From: Verrucomicrobiota bacterium
Lineage (GTDB): Bacteria; Verrucomicrobiota; Verrucomicrobiia; Limisphaerales; AAA164-E04
Assembly: GCA_047947115.1 (NCBI GenBank)
Contig: CP170459.1
Span: 512,001 to 576,000, forward strand
Reading direction: 5' to 3'
Length of the DNA stretch: 64,000 bases
The notes below the pieces were generated by a model. It had not been told where the DNA came from. It did not search any database and saw only the letters and a program-made list of their open reading frames with translations. Both the position numbers and the translations under genes were made by a program. Numbering within the stretch: position 1 is the first letter of the stretch; the number at the start of each line of letters is the position of its first letter. Of this stretch, positions 59,275-64,000 are shown piece after piece.

Positions 59275-60387
59275 ATGGAGCGTCCATTGAAAGCATACCT
59301 CAGACAGCACATGGAAAAACATGGACCGATGCCCTTTGATCGATTCATGGAAGCCGCACTTTACCATCCGGACTGGGGATACTATGAATCCGTGAAGACC
59401 GTCATCGGACGGAAGGGCGATTTTCAAACCAGCGTCAGTGTCGGCTCTTTATTTGGAGAACTGCTGGCAAGAACATTTCTCAGTTGGCAAGAAAGAGAAG
59501 AACCCTGCCAATGGATGGAATGCGGTGCGCATCACGGTCAATTGGCAGAGGATATCCTGGGTTTTCTGGATAAAGAAAACATCCTGAACACCACAGGCAT
59601 CCAGTACTTCATCTTTGAACCATCGTCAAAACGAGACGCCATCCAACAGAAACGCCTGAACAAGTTCAAAGGTAAGGTGACATGGCTGCGAACCTGGGAG
59701 GAAGTCAAAGACCAATTTGAAAAAGGAGTGATTTTCTCCAATGAGCTGATGGATGCCTTCCCCGTGAAACGATTTGCATGGAATAAACAAGAAGCTTGCT
59801 GGAAGGAATGCACCGTGGTGGCATCAGGCAATAGTTTCGATTGGACACAGATAAAACTCGACACAACCTTGAAGCTGCCTTGGCTTACCGCAGAAGATCA
59901 GACAAAAATCGAATCCCTCTTACCCGACCAATACATCATTGAATGCGCACCGGCAGCGGATGCATGGTGGCGCCAAGCAGCAAGTGTCCTGCGGGAAGGC
60001 CATTTGATAACCTTGGATTACGGCTTTACCGACCTCGAAAAGTTTTCCCCCCGCCGCACAAAGGGCACATTGAGAACATATGACCGGCACCGATTGGGGG
60101 AAGATGTCCTGATAGATGTCGGAGAAAAGGATCTGACAGCTCATGTAGATTTTACAAGCCTGCAAAAGATCGGTGAGGACGAGGGGCTGGAAACCGTCTC
60201 AATGATTTCACAGGAAAAATTCATGCACGGATGCCTGGAACGGATGCTGACGAAGGGAGTGAATCCATCGCCCGATCAAATCAGGCAATTTCAAACCTTG
60301 ATGCATCCTGAGCACTTTGGGCGGGCTTTCAAGGTGCTTATTCAAAGAAGGCCCCCAGACTCGAATTTAACCGGATTGACGGAGTGA
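59275..60387 (+). CDS. SAM-dependent methyltransferase, MidA/NDUFAF7 family
   Basis: FMEAALYHP..GYY, GDFQTS, SNELMDAFP, DYG, DLTAHVDF. Confidence 0.88.
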   Translation: MERPLKAYLRQHMEKHGPMPFDRFMEAALYHPDWGYYESVKTVIGRKGDFQTSVSVGSLFGELLARTFLSWQEREEPCQWMECGAHHGQLAEDILGFLDKENILNTTGIQYFIFEPSSKRDAIQQKRLNKFKGKVTWLRTWEEVKDQFEKGVIFSNELMDAFPVKRFAWNKQEACWKECTVVASGNSFDWTQIKLDTTLKLPWLTAEDQTKIESLLPDQYIIECAPAADAWWRQAASVLREGHLITLDYGFTDLEKFSPRRTKGTLRTYDRHRLGEDVLIDVGEKDLTAHVDFTSLQKIGEDEGLETVSMISQEKFMHGCLERMLTKGVNPSPDQIRQFQTLMHPEHFGRAFKVLIQRRPPDSNLTGLTE

Positions 60388-60759
60388 CGACGATGATGAA
60401 GAGACGGCGTTCTGCTCGGGCACCTTTTCTTCAGATCTGGAAAGAAAATCCACAACAGCTGTGTGCAGCGCCTTGGTTTCCAATCGCTGCCGCGGGGACA
60501 AATCGGTCTGCTTCCGCAGAGATTCCAGTTTGGCTTGCGCTCCTGCCAGATCATTGGAACGAACCGCGTTCAAAACCTCCTCCGCCAATTTGATTGATAC
60601 CTCCCCGATTGCCGTGGATCCGGCTTGAGGCTCCGGTTTCTCATCAAAGGCCTGTTTGAATCCATACGTGTCCACCGGCGCAATAACCTTTCCACATCCC
60701 AGAAGGAAGCAGCAGAGCAACATTCCCATTCCAACCCAAATTGATATTCCTGATTTCAT
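60367..60759 (-). CDS. Hypothetical lipoprotein
   Basis: Lipobox LLGC after a hydrophobic stretch. Confidence 0.6.
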   Translation of the reverse strand: MKSGISIWVGMGMLLCCFLLGCGKVIAPVDTYGFKQAFDEKPEPQAGSTAIGEVSIKLAEEVLNAVRSNDLAGAQAKLESLRKQTDLSPRQRLETKALHTAVVDFLSRSEEKVPEQNAVSSSSSSLRQSG

Positions 60760-60872
60760 TTTCCAACATGCTATAACAGCAAACAAACTGCCAAGTTGCG
60801 GGTGAGAATGTAACTTTTTCCACCTCCGCGTCAAACTGGACAATGTCATTCCGGATGTTTTAACATGCCGAC

Positions 60873-61697
60873 ATGTCAGGTTTGGAAGATCACGCAGGAG
60901 ACATCGTCAGGAAATCAAGAATGGGACTCAATGTGCCGTTAGAAACTATTCTTCAGAAAAGCGGTCTGAATCAGGAGGCGCTGGCCCGTTTTGAAGACAA
61001 CGGCATGGTGGATAACGAGATCTCCTGGGAGGGGGTCTGCAAGCTCCTCGAACTGAGCCCAAAGAAATTCCAGGATGTTCTGAGCGGCTGGACACCGACT
61101 CCGGTTGCACAGGATTCGAGCCCACAACTCCGTCAGATTTCAACTGACGACGGCGGAATGCAGGTGAATGCGTTTCTGGTGTGGGATCTGAATTCCAGAG
61201 AAGCGGCATTGTTCGACACCGGATGGAACCCCGCCCCCATCAACGCCCTTCTAAAGGACCACACACTGACCCTGAAGCACCTTTTCATCACCCATCAGCA
61301 TCACGACCATGTGGCGGCCATGACACCGTTACGCTCCGAACACCCCGAAATGCATCTCTGGGCACAGGGACAAGGAGTTCCAAGTCAATGCCAGGTAATT
61401 GATGGTCAAACTTTTACTCTTGGAAAACTTAACATCGAAGCACGATGGACACCCGGTCATGCCTCGGATGGGGTTACCTACATTGTTTCGGGCCTGACAG
61501 GAGCCCACCCGATAGCCGCCATAGTCGGCGACGCCATCTTTGCAGGTTCGATGGGCGGAGCACCAAAACACTTTGCGTTAGCCAAGAAAAAAGTCAGGGA
61601 AGTCGTCCTGGCACTGCCAGGGTCAACCCTGATATGCCCAGGCCACGGCCCCATGACCACGGTCGATCAGGAGAATCTGCACAATCCGTTGTTTTGA
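60873..61697 (+). CDS. MBL-fold hydrolase (glyoxalase II-like) with N-terminal HTH
   Basis: N-terminal Xre-like helices; THQHHDH, TPGH, GD, PGHG. Confidence 0.85.
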   Translation: MSGLEDHAGDIVRKSRMGLNVPLETILQKSGLNQEALARFEDNGMVDNEISWEGVCKLLELSPKKFQDVLSGWTPTPVAQDSSPQLRQISTDDGGMQVNAFLVWDLNSREAALFDTGWNPAPINALLKDHTLTLKHLFITHQHHDHVAAMTPLRSEHPEMHLWAQGQGVPSQCQVIDGQTFTLGKLNIEARWTPGHASDGVTYIVSGLTGAHPIAAIVGDAIFAGSMGGAPKHFALAKKKVREVVLALPGSTLICPGHGPMTTVDQENLHNPLF

Positions 61698-61889
61698 TGC
61701 CAGATGCGGCACTGAAAGCATGAGATGAGGTCTTGTCAGTTCGATGACTTCTGCTATTGACCGGATATTGCCCAGTTTTCGCGCGGGAAATGTAAAGAAA
61801 TTAATGCAATTAGAGCTTGCTCCGACGGGTCTTTTCACTTTGACTTCCCACTCCTCTGGCATGCCATGGGAAGATAATTTGTTTGAGTC

Positions 61890-62504
61890 ATGGATTTATC
61901 GTTTATATTCGCTGTATTGGGCTTCGTATTGGTTGGTGTCTGTTATGCTTCCTTCGCGGAATGGAGTTTGCACCGTTATGTCATGCACAAGCCTATCCCA
62001 TTCTTTCAATATCCCTATAAAGCACATCATTGTGTGCATCACCGTCTTTTCAAAGCGGATCACTCCTACCACCTGGAAGGACGCAACGATATCGCATACC
62101 TGATCCCGATGGCTTGGTGGAACGGCCCTGTGCTGATTGCTGTGGCATCCTCCCCCTGGGCGCTGGCAGCTTGGGCGACCAATTTCTGGCCTATGTATAT
62201 CGGTGTAACGATCGCGATTGCTCTTTACTACGCCACTTACGAATATCTGCACTGGTGCATGCATTTACCCAAAGAGCGTGTTGTCGAACGGTCCGGATTC
62301 TTTTTCCGCCTGAATGGACATCACCTGTTGCACCATCGCTACATGCACCGAAACTTCAACGTCGTCTGCCCATTGGCCGATCTCTTGCTGGGCACGTTGA
62401 TGCTCCGGTCCAAGGTCAAATTTGCACAGGCTACCGGACCGCACGTTCCTGATGTTCAGCCTATTGTCGCGAAAAGGGAACCTGTCGCCGAGGTTGCTGG
62501 CTAA
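61890..62504 (+). CDS. Sterol desaturase/fatty acid hydroxylase family membrane protein
   Basis: His boxes HRYVMH, HHCVHH, HWCMH, HHLLHH. Confidence 0.85.
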   Translation: MDLSFIFAVLGFVLVGVCYASFAEWSLHRYVMHKPIPFFQYPYKAHHCVHHRLFKADHSYHLEGRNDIAYLIPMAWWNGPVLIAVASSPWALAAWATNFWPMYIGVTIAIALYYATYEYLHWCMHLPKERVVERSGFFFRLNGHHLLHHRYMHRNFNVVCPLADLLLGTLMLRSKVKFAQATGPHVPDVQPIVAKREPVAEVAG

Positions 62505-62590
62505 TTTCAGATTCCTGGTTGACTGCTTCTTTTCCATAAAACAGCTGAGATAACATTGGAATTCGGGCGTTCAATCCATAGACTGCCCGC

Positions 62591-63967
62591 ATGCAAATTA
62601 CGGATCTGAATCCATCGGACGGCATTGGCGCCAGTGGATGGATGGTGGAAATGGAAGGCTTTCGCATCCTGCTGGATGCCGGGGTCAACCCCAAACTGGA
62701 AGGTTGGGCCGGGGTCCCCATGTATGACAAAGTCAAGGACCACCCCCTTGACGCCATCGCCATTTCCCATTGCCACCACGACCATGTAGGATCACTTCCG
62801 GTCGCGTTGAAATACTTTCCACAAGCTCATGTTCTGATGACAGAGCTGAGCTATTTCATTGTGGAAAGAGTGCTGCACAACTCCGTCAATGTCATGATCC
62901 GACAGAAGGAGGAACTTGGAATTCGCGAATACCCGCTTTATTCTCATCGCGAACTGGATGATATCGCCCATATTTTTCAAGGATACCGCTACAACCGGGA
63001 AATTGAATGGGCCGCTCCCAGCAGGGCACGCCGCGGCAAACAATCCCCAACCCTTGAATTTTTTGACGCCGGTCATGCATTGGGATCAGCAGGCATCATG
63101 CTGCGTTCCGACCATGAAACGATGTTCTACACGGGCGATGTCTGTTTCCAGGATCAAACCATCCTGAAGGGTGCCCGGTTCGAAGACGTCTCTGCGGATG
63201 TTTTGATTCTGGAAACCACACGTGGTGAACGCGAAGTGCCAAAAGGTCAGACGCGCGCGACAGAAATAGAACGTTTGACCGGGGACATCATGGAGGTTCT
63301 GGAAAACAAAGGCTGCGTCCTCATTCCCACCTTCGCTCTGGGGCGCACCCAGGAAATCCTGGCGCACCTGGCCTTGATGACTCGTGAAGGCAAACTGAAG
63401 CCACAACCGATCTTCATCGGCGGCATGGGTAGGGTATTCACCGAGATCTACGACCTCGAATCCCATCGGGCTCACCGAAATCACACCAACCTGCAGTTGC
63501 ACGAAGCCCTCAACCTGACAGTGCTGGACTACAAGCAACTGGAAAAAATCAGGCTCAAGGGTGGACGCTTGTTTGTCATGACCGCCGGCATGATGAACGA
63601 AAATACAGCGGCGCATGAACTGGCGCTTCGCCTTGCAGGAGAAGAAAAGCACGCCATTTTCTTCGTTGGTTATGCCGACCCCTCCACTCCGGCAGGCAGA
63701 CTAAGGGCGGCCGAACCGGGCAAACCTTTCCACTTCAGCGCTTCTGGTGGAGAGTTAACCAGAAAATGCCGCATGGAAGAATACGACCTCACCGCACATG
63801 CCAATCGCGACGAATTGCTGAATTTTGTCGGAACCGTGGATCCCAAGGTTGTCATCCTGGGACACGGCGAACCCGACTCCAAAGCCTGGTTCGCCGATCA
63901 AATCAAATCCAAACACCCGAAGATCAAGGTCGTCATCACCGACCCTGGCAAGCCCGTGGAATGTTGA
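62591..63967 (+). CDS. MBL/beta-CASP ribonuclease
   Basis: SHCHHDH, AGHALGS, YTGD, FALGRTQE, TAHA, GHGE. Confidence 0.9.
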   Translation: MQITDLNPSDGIGASGWMVEMEGFRILLDAGVNPKLEGWAGVPMYDKVKDHPLDAIAISHCHHDHVGSLPVALKYFPQAHVLMTELSYFIVERVLHNSVNVMIRQKEELGIREYPLYSHRELDDIAHIFQGYRYNREIEWAAPSRARRGKQSPTLEFFDAGHALGSAGIMLRSDHETMFYTGDVCFQDQTILKGARFEDVSADVLILETTRGEREVPKGQTRATEIERLTGDIMEVLENKGCVLIPTFALGRTQEILAHLALMTREGKLKPQPIFIGGMGRVFTEIYDLESHRAHRNHTNLQLHEALNLTVLDYKQLEKIRLKGGRLFVMTAGMMNENTAAHELALRLAGEEKHAIFFVGYADPSTPAGRLRAAEPGKPFHFSASGGELTRKCRMEEYDLTAHANRDELLNFVGTVDPKVVILGHGEPDSKAWFADQIKSKHPKIKVVITDPGKPVEC

Positions 63968-64000
63968 TTTCCCTGGGGGGTTATTCCTCCAACCGATCGC

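Overview
Gene-dense bacterial chromosome segment of roughly 50% GC. The PEP-CTERM protein, ECF sigma/Ser-Thr kinase pairs, sulfatase and a typical C-terminal domain on a secreted protein suggest Verrucomicrobiota, probably Pedosphaerales/Limisphaerales (inference). Most of the window is housekeeping and metabolic: ilvD, msrP, gcvT/gcvH, tag, ligA, mutS, a SorAB-like sulfite oxidase, a ModABC-like transporter, an eboD/eboF pair and a squalene-hopene-cyclase-like gene. The most informative part is a decaying regulatory island at about 25.6-37.7 kb. Three intact IS elements (one IS4-like, two ISL3), each with a perfect 8-bp target duplication, disrupt an AraC gene and hit one ECF sigma locus twice. 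An apparent deletion also fuses a truncated Ser/Thr kinase to the tail of an unrelated large protein. Candidate uncharacterised systems are a SIS/MetE-like/UlaG-like/DNA-methyltransferase gene run, a CxxC-bearing ECF/anti-sigma/Spy-like/DCC module next to a divergent triterpene cyclase, a WD40 kinase coupled to a paralogous ECF, a tandem double-ModA binding protein and a secreted protein with 15-residue helical repeats. I saw no rRNA, tRNA or CRISPR array. All product calls come from motif recognition by eye; no database search was run.
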